NCBI GenBank assembly: GCA_963826525.1
Contig: CAWGXH010000004.1
Location: 1,504,001 to 1,568,000, forward strand
Length of the DNA stretch: 64,000 nt
From: an uncultured Methanomicrobiaceae archaeon
GTDB taxonomy: Archaea; Halobacteriota; Methanomicrobia; Methanomicrobiales; Methanoculleaceae
Direction: 5' to 3'
Both the position numbers and the translations under genes were made by a program. Every line of letters starts with the position of its first letter. Position 1 is the stretch's first letter. Shown one piece after another: positions 34,653 to 46,331 of the stretch. Below the pieces are notes generated by a model, which searched no databases, was not told where the DNA came from, and saw nothing but the letters and a program-made list of their open reading frames with translations.

Positions 34653-35607
34653 CTCATGGAGGACGCCTGTCTCTCACGCTGTGTCTTGGCACAAGGTTCA
34701 TTTCAGGTGCGAAGATACTGCCCTCTTCTGTGCATTTTACCGCCGGACAAAAGAGGCATGCGGGTTTTTTCATTTTTTGTTTCAAATGGTGAAACGTTCT
34801 GGCGTTCGCCTTCGTCGGATCGGTGCCGGCCTTTTTTACACGGTGAATTTCTGGTTTTTTATCGTTCCATTGCCGAATCCGCCTCTGGTTTCTTTCTGAT
34901 ATTCCATAAGCCGAATACTTTTGCAGACACGGCAGCATTGCTGCAGGAGGGGGAGGGGCGGTGGCCTAGCTACCCGGCGCCGGTACGCTGGGTGAATTTC
35001 GCCGCCTCTTCGCCGATGGTTGCCCGGTGCAGTCTTCGATACGCTACGGACGTCGCGTGACTTCTTCCGGGAGCATAGATATGCCGCAAACTGTGACGGT
35101 TCGTCGCGGGTGCTTGTTGCACGAGGTCGGTCGCACCGGTTGGCCTGATTGGGCATCGGACACGGAGACCCGGATAGGGGGCAGAGGATCTTTTGAGGGA
35201 CGCTGCTTCTCTGACTGCTCCTCCGGGGATGGGCACGATATTCAGGACATCGTACATTTAGTCTCAAAAAATGAAAGATGGGGTTTCCTTAATTTCACTT
35301 TCAGTAAATCTTGCTCCATAGGGATCTGCTGATGCACCAGATACTTCAAAGCACCTCGTTCACTGATCGGAAAGTCGGAGTTCTCCCCCTGTCATCCGAA
35401 CCAGGTGATACATCGGTATCGGATCCCCCGAATTCCGAGGGAAGATGAAACAAACATGAACAAGAGAGCACAAAACCCGGAGAAGGCGCCCATAGTCCGG
35501 GTGGAAGGTAATCGGGGGGGCCTCCATGCCCAAACACCTTTACGGGATGTACTACTCCTTTGAAACCTTGAAGTTGGACAAAAACCGTCCACAAACCTGG
35601 TTGCACA

Positions 35608-36769
35608 ATGTATAGTGATCATGACCAGCCCCTCAGCCTCGCCTCTCCCTGGAAGTACTGGAGGCAATCCAAAGAGTCTCCGGATGAGCGTGATGAGGGC
35701 GTCTGTTGTTTACCAAAGACCCCGGATGAGATCTTCTGGCTCCGAAACCCGGATGACGGAAAAATACTGTACATCAGCCCTGCAGCAACCAGCATCTGGG
35801 GTATCGATCCCCGCACCCTTCTCGCAGACCCGCGAGCGCTCACGCAATCGATTCATCCCGAGGACCGGGAGAGTTTCATACGGCATCTTGCTGGCCAAAA
35901 ATCCGGCAGTTCTTGCCATCTTCGAGTACAGAATCGTCCTCCCGGATACCAGTGTCAGATGGATTCGGGATCGTGTTTTTCCTATCCGGGATGGAGATGA
36001 ACGGTTTATGCACATGCTCGGAGTGTCGACTGATATCACCGGAGAGATCAGTGCGGAAACTGCCCTGAAGAACGAGCTTGAGCGAAAAGCAGATTTTCTC
36101 TCGATTGCATCGCACGAGCTGAAAACACCCCTTCAACCAATCGTGGGGTACCTCTATCTCATGCTCGAGAACCCGCATGATTTTGGACTGACTGCAGAGG
36201 GTACGCTGTTTTTGGAGGAGATTCAAAAATCCATAACCCGGGTGAATGAGGTCGTAAACCGGATTCTCGCGGTGAGCCTTACCGACATCGAACAGGAGAT
36301 CGTGCAGCCGCATTGGGAGATCGTAGCACTTGAAGACCTCGTCGGCCATGTCATTCGGGCCTGCAACACCGGAGACGAGACGACGTATGCTCTTGATCTC
36401 CCTCCCGATCAGACGATCGAGACCGATTGGGACTACCTCTACGAAACGTTGTACGAAATCTGCGTCAATGCGGTGAAGCATTCCGATCCTCCGCATCGCA
36501 TTGTCATTGGGTATACCGAGGACACCGAGTCTCATCTCCTCTCAATATCCGATAATGGCCCCGGCATGGACGAGACTACCCGCAGAAATCTATTTCGTCC
36601 GTTCTATATCGGTGACAAGGATAAACTCTCCCGGACGTGCGGACGTCTCGGGCTCGGGCTCACCATCGCAAAAAAGAATGTCGAGATACTGGGGGGGACC
36701 ATTTTGGTTGCCAGCACCCCGGGTCAGGGGAGTACGTTCACCCTCCGGCTCCCGAAACAGCATACGTGA
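35608..36769 (+). CDS. PAS sensor histidine kinase; frameshift at ~35915
   Basis: IHPEDRE PAS, ASHELKTPL, NAVKH, DNGPG and GLGLTI. Confidence 0.8.
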
Positions 36770-36802
36770 GCCGGGAGGAGGTGTCTCTGAGGGGTTCCCT
36801 CC

Positions 36803-39735
36803 TTACGAGGCGGCGTGGGAAGAGGATTCGTCTTCTTCTCTCCCTGCCCCGGAGTTCCTCTGATCCTTCTCATGAATGAGGCTGATAACCTTCATCGCAG
36901 CATAGACTCCTTTGACCTGAAGATCACTCCTCCGCCGTAATACTGCTTTAATCGCCTGAACCGTTTCGCTATCCCCGGTCTTCTCGAGAGATGTAATTGC
37001 CCCTTCCTGGATCTCCCGGTCCGTGTCGAAGAGTGCCTCGATGAGCGCGCCCGTCGCTGGCTTTCCAAGTGCAACAACGTCATCCCACTGCTTGTCCACT
37101 ATCAACACCGTTGCATATTCTTCCGGGAGACGTGGTTGCCACCCGCTCTGTTCAAGTGTCGAAAGCACCTCCCTGCGGACGGAAAAACTGCCGGAGCGAA
37201 GGAGAGGGACAAGTTGAGACATGGCCTTTTCCTCCCCGAGGAGCGTCTTCAAGGCACCGATAGCGTTACGCCGGATGACCTGCTCCTCGTCTTTCAGAAA
37301 AACCGATGCGTGCGAGCCCCAATAGTCGGCCCGCTTCATCAAGGACGATCGTGCGGCAGATTTCACGTCTGCGTGCGTATCCTCCAGTGCAGAGAGCAGT
37401 GCGCGTATCGCTTCATCGTCTTCGAACTCACCGAGGGTTTTGACGGCAAGAGAACGGCTTCCGGGGTCCGGACTTTTCGTGAGCTCGCAGAGCGGGCGAA
37501 CGGCCCCCCTCGGTTTCAGAACCGCAATTGATTCAGCAGCCCGCCGTTTTACTTCAAATACCGGATCATCGAGTGCAACGACCAGAGAACTGAAAACACG
37601 GTGATCGCCCAGCATTCCGAGAGATAGCGCTGCACGCCACCGGACTTCTGCGTCCGGATCGCCCAGTGCGTTCATGAGCGGCTGAATGCCCCGGAGGTCC
37701 CCGAGTCTGCCCAGCGCTTCGGCAGCCTTGTGCCGCAGCGAGGGATCTGCATGAAGATCGGCCAGCGCACCGATGAAATACTGCAGGTCCGGCACGTTGT
37801 CGTCTGTTGTGGGAGATGCCTCCTTGACTTCGGACAGCATCTCTGTCCTGGTTTTCTCACCTGATAGGGCTTTTTCCTGTTCGGCGACTCCTGGCTCTCT
37901 CGGGATCCGGCTGCGTAGATCCTTCGGCACCAGTGCCGGTTTTGCGTTCTGCGGCTTCGGAGATGAGTTGCTGATAAGGCCGAGGCGCCGTATCTCCTTC
38001 CAGTTCTCCTTTGCAATAAGATACGCCAATTGTTCTTTGGCGTCTGCGGGTTTCCAGCCGATTGCGTCGAGTGCTCGAGCTGCCGCCAGTCTCACCTCCG
38101 TATCCGGGTCATCAAGCAGCGTCGTGAGTGGCCGGGCCGCTGCGACTGCATTGCATATGCCGAGCAGACGAGCTGCTTCTTTTCGTATTCCGACATCCGG
38201 GTCTTGTAGCGCCTGAATAAGGAGATCCATTGCTTCGGTTCCCGGATATGACCCAAGTGCCTGTACTGTCTCCATGCGAACGGTGAGATTGGGATCATGG
38301 AAGAAGGAGAGCAGAGCCGGCAGCACTCGCGTATCTCCGATGCTGCCCATAGCCTGTATTGCGCCGAGACGAACCTCATAGTTCCCGTCACCGGCTGCGG
38401 CGATGATGGTCGCAACGGCGCGTTTCGATCCGATCTTCCCGAGTGCAATAACCGAATATTTGCAGAGGTCGGTGTTTCCGGTTGTAAATGCCCGGATAAG
38501 GGGATCCACTGCTGTTGAATCTTTCATTTCTCCGAGGGCTATCGCAGCAGAGCTTGAAACGCGTTTGTCTGCATCCTCGAGTGCTGCGATGAGAGGCCCG
38601 ACTGCCCGTTTGTCACGGCTACCGCCGAGTATCGAAGCTGCTCTCCACCTGATATCCGGGTCGGGGTTTTTCAGCAACGCGATGAGGGGTTCGGTTGCCA
38701 GGTGACCGAGTATCTTGAGCGCCTCTGCTATGTTCGTCCTCTCTGCAGCCTGCCGTTCCTGTAACTCACGGGTGAGAGGGCCGATGCCGTGCCGCTTGAG
38801 CCGTACCAGGCCTATCCAATCGTCTTTCGCGCTTAGGAACAGGATCTGCCGGTACAGACTCTTCGGCTCCCACCCTAACCGTTCGAGTGCTCCTGCCGCT
38901 ACTTTTCGGGTATCAGAAAGGTGCTTTCGAGCCCGTGAATAAGAGCCCGTATCGATCCGACATCCCCTATCTCCGCCAGGGCGGCAGCGGCTTCGTAACT
39001 GACGGCTTCTACCGGATCGTCAAGAGCCCGCTCGAGGTGCACAACCGCATGCGGGCTTCTTGTTTCACCGAGAATTTTTGCGGCACGCATCCTGACGTCA
39101 AAGTACTCGTCGTTCAGCGCCCAGACGAGGACGTCAATGAGGTGCCTGCGATGCCGCGACACTTCCTTCCAGTCTCTTCGGGCAAACGCAAAAACGCCTA
39201 TTTCTCTGGTATCATTAGGTTTCCACCCGCAAGTTTCCAGGGACTCGGCTGCTTTTGACCTGATGCCGGGATGCGGATCAAGCAGTTTCTCCTGCAATGC
39301 TGCACTTGCATGCTGATCCCCGACATTTCCAAGCGCCCAAATCGTTGCAATCCGTATGTCGTGGTCGGCGTCCGGGAGACACCGAATGATATGCGCCGTC
39401 GCACGCGGGTCGCGGATCTTTCCAAGTGCCCAGATCACCTGGAGCCGCATTGTTCCGTCAGGATCTTGTAGGAGAGGGATGAGTGCGTCTGTTGCCCGAG
39501 AATCTCCGATCGAACCGAGTGCCTCTGCAGCTTTCCACCGGACATCCGGATCGGAATCGGACAATGCCTGCATGAGGGGTTCGACTGCCTTCTGGTCGCG
39601 TAACTCTCCAAGGCCTCCCGCTGCCATCCACCGGAGATCCTTATCCTCGCTCCCGAGTGCCGTCAGCAGATTTCTGATGTCCCTCTTTGCAACCAGGCGG
39701 TTGATGTCGGTGGTGCCGAAATGGAATGGTTTCAT
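36803..39735 (-). CDS. Large HEAT/PBS-lyase repeat protein; frameshift at ~38900
   Basis: Many VRWxAAxALGxIGDxRAVxPLIxALxD repeats in three blocks. Confidence 0.9.
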
Positions 39736-39757
39736 GCTGCATCTCTCATGGAGAACA

Positions 39758-40168
39758 CTATCCGGACGTCCCTGTAGTCCTTTCTGACCGGCATAATCCC
39801 ATCAGTCCGCTGTACTGTGCGATGATCTCTTTCAACCGTGCCGGTTCGACGGGTTTAATGACAACTCCGGCAATGCTATCCGCGTAAGGTGCAAGTTCTT
39901 CATCATTTAGTTTCCATGCCGAGAGGATCACGACCGGGACATTCAGTGCTCCGGGAAGTTTCCTCCGTTCGTCCAGAAATTGCAACCCGTTCATCGGGGA
40001 CATCATGAGGTCAAGGAGTATCAGTGCAGGAGGATCGCTTTCTAGTATGTCGAGGCCAATTCTCGGATCGTTCACCGTCACAGGGGAGTATCCAAATGAT
40101 TTTATCAGCAGGTTGAGGATCCGAAGGTTTTTTTCGTCGTCATCGATGACCAGTACTTTCTTTGTCAT
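39758..40168 (-). CDS. Single-domain response regulator (CheY-like)
   Basis: VLVIDDD, LLDLMMSPMNG, ILSA and IKP. Confidence 0.9.
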   Translation of the reverse strand: MTKKVLVIDDDEKNLRILNLLIKSFGYSPVTVNDPRIGLDILESDPPALILLDLMMSPMNGLQFLDERRKLPGALNVPVVILSAWKLNDEELAPYADSIAGVVIKPVEPARLKEIIAQYSGLMGLCRSERTTGTSG

Positions 40169-40606
40169 ACCTAGTGTCCTGTCTTTTTGATCCGTTCCCG
40201 GAACGAATGCTGCAGCTCTGGAAGAGAAACGGGTTCCGACAGTAAAGTATTTTCAAGGGTGATGTTTAAAGGTTTCTTATTCGCAGCGAAGAGGCACAAT
40301 TTTCAATTTCCGTACACGGTGCATCTTCTCACTCCCGAATCTTCCTGCAGACGGATCCGGAGAGTCTTTATGAGGCATTCTGCCGGCTCTGCGCTCTTCC
40401 TCAACACTGGGCGCTGCCGGGGATCGAGGAGGCCAATTGTATCGGGAGGGAGTTTTCCCCTCCCCCCCGTCACCCCGCGAAGGCTCTCGCACCGGTTCAC
40501 TCTTCGAAGATGCCGCAGAGCAGATCCTGAAGGTGTACGGGAATTAACCCCCGTCCGGGAAGACCGATCTGTACGAAAGAATGTGTCTTCGACTCTCTTC
40601 CGATGA

Positions 40607-42098
40607 TCACTGTTCCTTGCTCCGAATCGGTCTGTAGGATCCCTGTGGGATGAGGATCTCAAAACGGGCGCCTTTTCCCGGAGTACCTGTTTCACGGATA
40701 GAGAGATTGGTGATGGAAAGGATCTCCCTGGTCAGAAAGAGGCCGTAACCTGTGTTTTTGTAATGCTCTCTTTTGAAGATCGCCTCTTTGAGCTGTTCGG
40801 GAATCCCCTGACCGTCGTCTTCGCAGAGGAGCACCATGTCGCGACCTCTGTCCTGTGTTGAAAACGTGATCCGTGTTGTTTGTTCTCCGTGAACGACCGC
40901 ATTCGTTGCAAGGTTATAGATCACTCTTTCGAGGAGAGCGTCGGCATAGACCTCTATAGGATCGGCCGTCACGGTAATTGTTACTCCCTTCGGCGTGACG
41001 GTTGCGGTTCCTCTGGCAATCGTATCCCGAAGATCCTGCCAGACCGGCTCTTTAATCCTGATGCTCTGGTAATCCCGCGAAAACTCCACCTGCTCCCATA
41101 AAGTATGGGTGAGAACGTCGATCTCACCGATATATTCCGTCAGTGGTTGTGTCGCGGGAACTGTCTGTTTGGCCACCTCGATATACCCCAGCAGAGCTTG
41201 AATTGTGTTCAACAGGTCGTGCTGCGTAATTTTGCTGATGAGCGTGAGTTTGGTATTGGCCAGGGTGAGAGACTCGTTTGCCTGTTGCAGCTGAATCCTC
41301 GTCTCGTGGAACTGTGTTACGTCGCGTATCGATTCGATGGCCCCCACTACCTCGCCCTGGTTGTTGCGAAGGGGGGTCGCGATGATCCAGAGCACAGTCC
41401 TTCTCCCGTGAAGGTCTCGGACTTCGACATCGCCGGAGAGTACTCCGTCGATGTTACGGATGTTCGGATACGTCTCCCTGAGCAGTTCCGGGTCGTCATC
41501 AATTACGATATCGAGCAGGATCGGGCGGCGTTTTCCGAAGAGGCGGTAGGCAGACTCGTAATTTCCCTTGCCGATGACCTCTTCGCCCTTGGTGCCGGTC
41601 AGTTCCTCCATCGCCCGGTTCCATATAACGATCCGGCCGGCCAGATCCCTCACGATTGTTGCATCGGGAAGAAAATCTATGATATTGATGAGTTTTTTCT
41701 CGGATTCCGCCAATGCCTCTTTTGTGCGCTGCTGGCTGGCCGAGAGATAGGTGATAACACTGGCTACGAGTATGAAGAGAATGAACCGCACGGCTGCCCC
41801 GAGGATGGTTTCCGCATCCTGCGTGAACAAGAAAACCATGACGACATAGAGGCATGCGAGCACAACCGAGAACACAAAACCTCTTTGGGCATAAAAAAAG
41901 CATGCGAGGAGGATCGGGAAATAAAAAAGATTCTGATATATGATGTAGATGCCGACTCAAGCGAGTAAATACTGATGGCAATGGCAAGGGCAGGTACTCG
42001 CTACGACCAGAACGAGTGGAACACTGGTCGGAGCCCCTGAATCGGAGATGGCGATGTTTATTCATGATTTTGATTACGTATCGCTGATTTTGGTTCAA
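40607..42098 (-). CDS. Membrane PAS sensor histidine kinase; 5' region frameshifted
   Basis: TM segments, IIDFLPDAT PAS, ITQHDLLN H-box, NAVVHG, DDGQG and GYGLF. Confidence 0.8.
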
Positions 42099-42399
42099 AC
42101 ACCGTACCGTTCCGCCGCCCCGCCCATATCGTATGACCGTAATAAGGGGGCTGAACCGGCACCACTCTCACGAGCCCGGTGATTTCACCGGTTTGGCTGC
42201 CAGTACGTCTCTTCCGTGATCGAGTGTGTCGATGGGGCACTAACACAACGATTAGAATGTAATTGCTGATTGGATAATTTAAACTTTCTTGATGATGAAG
42301 CTCTGGGAATTTCCGGATTCTCGATAACGTCGATCACTCCATGATTTTTATTGGCATTGCTGCACAGGGCAAGTTCCTTTTAGAGGTGGATGTATCGGA

Positions 42400-42566
42400 T
42401 GCAATACCTAGTTGTATCACCTGGATGCACCCCATGCATTTCAGGATTAGCGGGCGATGTGCATCGGTTACTCGCCGTGCCGAAATCCTACCTCTAAAAC
42501 CTTCGTTAAAACCGGGAAAGAATCCTTAACTAGCCCCTTTCAGGACGGAGAGAGGGGGTGTCCCTC
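42400..42566. repeat. Non-coding repeat family B, copy 3 (native 3' flank of the 42567 gene)
   Basis: Colinear with 22575-22725; CTTTCAGGACGG at 42537. Confidence 0.6.
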
Positions 42567-43070
42567 TCACCCGAGCGCCGGCATGCCGTCCGCCCAGGTC
42601 TCGACCGTGGTGCGGATAGCGTTGTCCTCGTAGGCCGTGATCCGGACTGCATCACGGCTGAACGTGACGTAGTAGATCTCGCCGGACGGGTCGTGGCACT
42701 TCAGCTGGCACGAGTAGGAATCGTGCTCCGCATCGCGGACGGCCTCGCCACCCATCGCGGTCGCGAGCGCCGCATTGCCCATCAGGTTGGTGGCGACGGT
42801 CCCGAACGCGGCGACCGTCGGTGCCCGTGCGGAGATAGCCCCGACACGCTTGCCATCGTCGTCCTCGAAGTTCACCTTCGCGGTGTAGGACTCGCGGTTC
42901 AGCGTCACGCCGTCATAGGTGACGCCGCCCTCGATGTAGTCCACGCACCCGAAGGGGTTGTCGGCCAGCACGCTCGCGACGATAGCGTCGAAGGTGCTGA
43001 TGTCGGCGATCGGGATGGAAAGTTCCCGGACCGCCGTTCTGGTGTTGCTCTTCTCGATAAAGTCCGCCAT
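42567..43070 (-). CDS. Uncharacterised ~167-aa protein (MADF...ETWADGMPALG), multi-copy family
   Basis: Strong GC3 codon bias, RBS CAGGAG, 3' hairpin; partial second copy at 27167-27296. Confidence 0.8.
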   Translation of the reverse strand: MADFIEKSNTRTAVRELSIPIADISTFDAIVASVLADNPFGCVDYIEGGVTYDGVTLNRESYTAKVNFEDDDGKRVGAISARAPTVAAFGTVATNLMGNAALATAMGGEAVRDAEHDSYSCQLKCHDPSGEIYYVTFSRDAVRITAYEDNAIRTTVETWADGMPALG

Positions 43071-43184
43071 TGGCAGTGCTCCTGCCTGTCGGGTCCCGGG
43101 ATGACAGACAATCATTAGGTATTACTTACAGTAATATTAATGTGACTTTATCACCTATCCTTTCTCCAATGGAGGAATGATGCG

Positions 43185-43430
43185 ATGCCGGAGGAGAAGA
43201 CCACCCGGGAGCTCGTCTACGAGACCAACCGGGACGTGAAGTGGATCTGCAGGACGCTTGCGGAGATGAAGGAGCAGGCCGGTGATCACGAGAATCGTCT
43301 GCGAGCGATCGAGGGCTGGCGGCAGACGAAGATCGGCGAGGAACAGCGGATGCAGCGGATCAGCGCCGGCGCCGGCGGGCTCGTCGGCGGGGTCGTAGCG
43401 GTCATGGTGCGGGTGCTCGGCGGGTGGTAG
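43185..43430 (+). CDS. Small coiled-coil protein with C-terminal TM (XhlA/holin-like)
   Basis: DHENRLRAIE coiled coil plus GAGGLVGGVVAVMV; GGAGG RBS. Confidence 0.6.
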   Translation: MPEEKTTRELVYETNRDVKWICRTLAEMKEQAGDHENRLRAIEGWRQTKIGEEQRMQRISAGAGGLVGGVVAVMVRVLGGW

Positions 43431-43794
43431 GAAGCAATCGCTTCGTGCAGGATGTTGCCGACGGCAGAGCGGGGCAGTTCTGCCACAAAAAAGTCAGTAA
43501 GATATACTACCAGAATCTCGAGGGTCTTTTTGTGCCGCTGCAGAAACATCCTGAGGTCTTCGTCCTGCGATGGCTGCGGCTTCTCTTCCTTTGCCTGACT
43601 TCACGAGAGCCTCCAGACTCCGGTTGAGAAAAGCCTGGTTCCTGCGCAGAACAACGACGAGCACGAGCATACGACAGGATAACATCCGGGTCGCGTTCGT
43701 CCCGGGGAGAAATAACCACCAAAGGCGTCGCCATCATGACCGGCGATACATTCCAACGTGGGTTCTGCAATCAGGCAACGTTCCGCTGCGCTCT

Positions 43795-45736
43795 TCACGC
43801 TACCCGCTCCAGCCCAAGGGCACCGAGGTATGCCATGGTCTGGAGAATATCCTTGTTTTCCGGTGTCAGCATCTCGTCTGGGTTCCTGAACGCGAAACCA
43901 AGGACCCCGAATGTAACATTGTATGCTCTCATCGGAACGTAATGTCCTGCGCCGGCTGGAAGCGTTTCGGTGCCCCTGCCCGCCGCCTGGCCGTTCTCGA
44001 ACGCCCATTGGGCGATCGTCGTCTCTTTGGGTGTGAGAGGAAAGTCGGGGTCGCCGACGCTCACAAAAAGCCCCCCGACCCTCGGCATGAAGATAGCACA
44101 GGTACTCTCGCCGAACTGCTTCATATGGCGATAGAGGGTATCGAGAAGCTCCTGCCGATGCCCGACGTTCGCCAGGTCGCGGGAGAGGACGGCAACGGCC
44201 TCGACCTCCGCCTCGCTCCTCCGTATCTGCGGGAGCAGGTTGCGGAGCCTCGTAGCGAGACTGCTGATGATGAACGCAATGACCACATACCCCACGAATG
44301 AGATGAAATATTCCCAGTCAGCGATGGTAAACGTGTAATAGGGTGTCACAAAAGCAAAGTCGAAGACCAGGATGCTTGCAATCGCAGTGAGTATTGCAGT
44401 CCCTCGACGGAAGAGGAGCGCTGCCGCCACCACCGGAATCGAGCTGAATGATGAGCAGGTTCGACGGGCTGATGAAACGCTGCAGGAAGTAATTCGTTAT
44501 CGTCACCAGCGCGATGAGTACTGCGCTGACGGTGAAATCCAGGCTCATAAGTCGCGGCAGCTGCCGGTGAAGGGGAATAGGCACTGCTGCTTTCGGTTCA
44601 TAGAGGAAGATGTCGATCCCCTTCGACCGGACCATGATCCGGTACACGGGAGAGTAGAAGATATCCAGTCCCCGGGGTTTGCCGAGCATGATCATGGAAA
44701 CATTGTGCTGCCGGGCGTACCTGAGCAGTTCTCCCGCCACATTCTCTCCGCGGTAACGCACGATCCGCCCCCCGAGACTTCGCGCTGTCTCCATCGCATC
44801 GTTGAGCCACTGCCGCTCCCGATCCGTGAGACTCTGTTCTTCCCCGGTTCCGATAGAGATCACGATCCAGTCCGCACCGAACCTATCCGCAAGACGGTAC
44901 GCCGCACGGACCATCTGCTCCGCCGCAGGACCCGGGCGTATCCCCACGAGGAGACGCTCTCCGGCCGGCCACGGGCCCGGAATGGCCCTGGCTCGCATCT
45001 CTGTGATCATCTGCCTATCGGTGATCTGCGCCACGTACCGGAGAGCAATCTGCCGGAGCGCCAGCAGATTTTCCGTGCTGAAGAATCTCCGGACGGCCTG
45101 CTCGGCCATGTCCTGCACGTAGACCTTTCCGGCACGGAGGCGGACACGAAGTTCCTCGGGAGGAATGTCTATCAGGCGAATCTCGTCGGCGTCGTAGAGG
45201 AACGTATCCGGCACCGTCTCTGTGACATGTATCCCCGTGATCTGGGCGACGATGTCGTTCTGGCTCTCGATGTGCTGGATGTTGACGGTGGTGTAGACCG
45301 ATATTCCCGCGTGGAGGATCTCTTCGATGTCCTGGTAGCGCTTGGCGTGGCGGCTTCCCGGTGCATCGGTATGTGCAAGTTCGTCGACGAGGACGACCTC
45401 CGGGCGGCGCCGGATGACCGCGTCGAGATCGAGCTCCCACAGCGTCAGGCCCTGATACTCAACGGCGATCGCGGGGACGGACTCGAGCCGTGCTGCGAGA
45501 ACGTCCGTCTCAACCCTCCCGTGCGTCTCCACATACCCGATCACAATGTCGAGCCCGTCCCTCCGGTGCGAAAGCGCATCCTGGAGCATCGCGTAGGTCT
45601 TCCCGACACCGGCGGCATAGCCCAGATAGACCGTCAGACGTCCCTCTTCTGCTTTCTGTTCCGCACGCTTTGCTACGGCGAGCAGGTCCTCGGGCAGGGG
45701 GCGGCCCTCTTCGGCATCTCTCTCCGGTGTCGTCAT
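43795..45736 (-). CDS. kdpD: KdpD-like sensor (KdpD-USP-TM-GAF) lacking kinase domains; frameshift at ~44435
   Basis: GYAAGVGKTYAML, VETHGR, LVDELAH and KRYQDIEE; ends right after the GAF domain. Confidence 0.85.
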
Positions 45737-46317
45737 CCTCCTCCATCCAGATCGTCCAGTGCACGGTTGAGCGAGAGGACGTTGACGTACTGCCCCGTGA
45801 ACGGAACCGGGAGGGCTTCCGCCCGGGCGAGGACGAGTGTGCGGACCTCGCTCTCCGGAAGGTTGCGAGCCCTGGCAACGGCGGGGACTTGCAGCAGCGC
45901 GGCATCAAGGCTGATAGCGGGGTCAAGCCCGCTCCCGGACGCCATGACCAGATCCGATGGTATGGAGCCGTTCACTCCGGCATCCCGGAGAAGGCTCACC
46001 CGCTCTGCGATCTGCTCCTGGAGCAGAGGACTTATCGGCGCCAGGTTGGATCCGCCGGAGAACGAGGCATTGTACACGCTGATCGGTGTCGCCGAGGGGC
46101 GGCTCTGGAAGTACAGCGGTGCGCTGAAGTTCTGGCCGATCAGGCTCGAGCCGATCACCCGCCCCTGATCGCCGACGACCAGGCTCCCGTGCGCCTGATA
46201 CGGGAATGCCGTCCCGGCGACGATCGTTACCGCAAGGGGATAGACAAATCCCGTGATTACGAAGAGGAAGAGGAAGAGGAACAGACCGGTTTTCACCGCA
46301 CGGCGTATAGTTGTCAC
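45733..46317 (-). CDS. kdpC: K+-transporting ATPase subunit C
   Basis: GSSLIGQNF, YFQSRPSA, SGGSNL and ASGSGLDPAIS. Confidence 0.95.
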   Translation of the reverse strand: MTTIRRAVKTGLFLFLFLFVITGFVYPLAVTIVAGTAFPYQAHGSLVVGDQGRVIGSSLIGQNFSAPLYFQSRPSATPISVYNASFSGGSNLAPISPLLQEQIAERVSLLRDAGVNGSIPSDLVMASGSGLDPAISLDAALLQVPAVARARNLPESEVRTLVLARAEALPVPFTGQYVNVLSLNRALDDLDGGG

Positions 46318-46331
46318 GAATAAGCACCTTT

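Noticed and set aside
27134-42720. Diversity-generating retroelement TR/VR pair (27167-27296 vs 42567-42720)
   Set aside because: No reverse transcriptase in the window; differences include a deletion and are not adenine-specific
44372-46168. 598-aa plus-strand ORF (likewise 52000-53445, 13895-14887, 2701-3552, 59429-60289)
   Set aside because: Antisense shadows of well-supported genes in high-GC DNA
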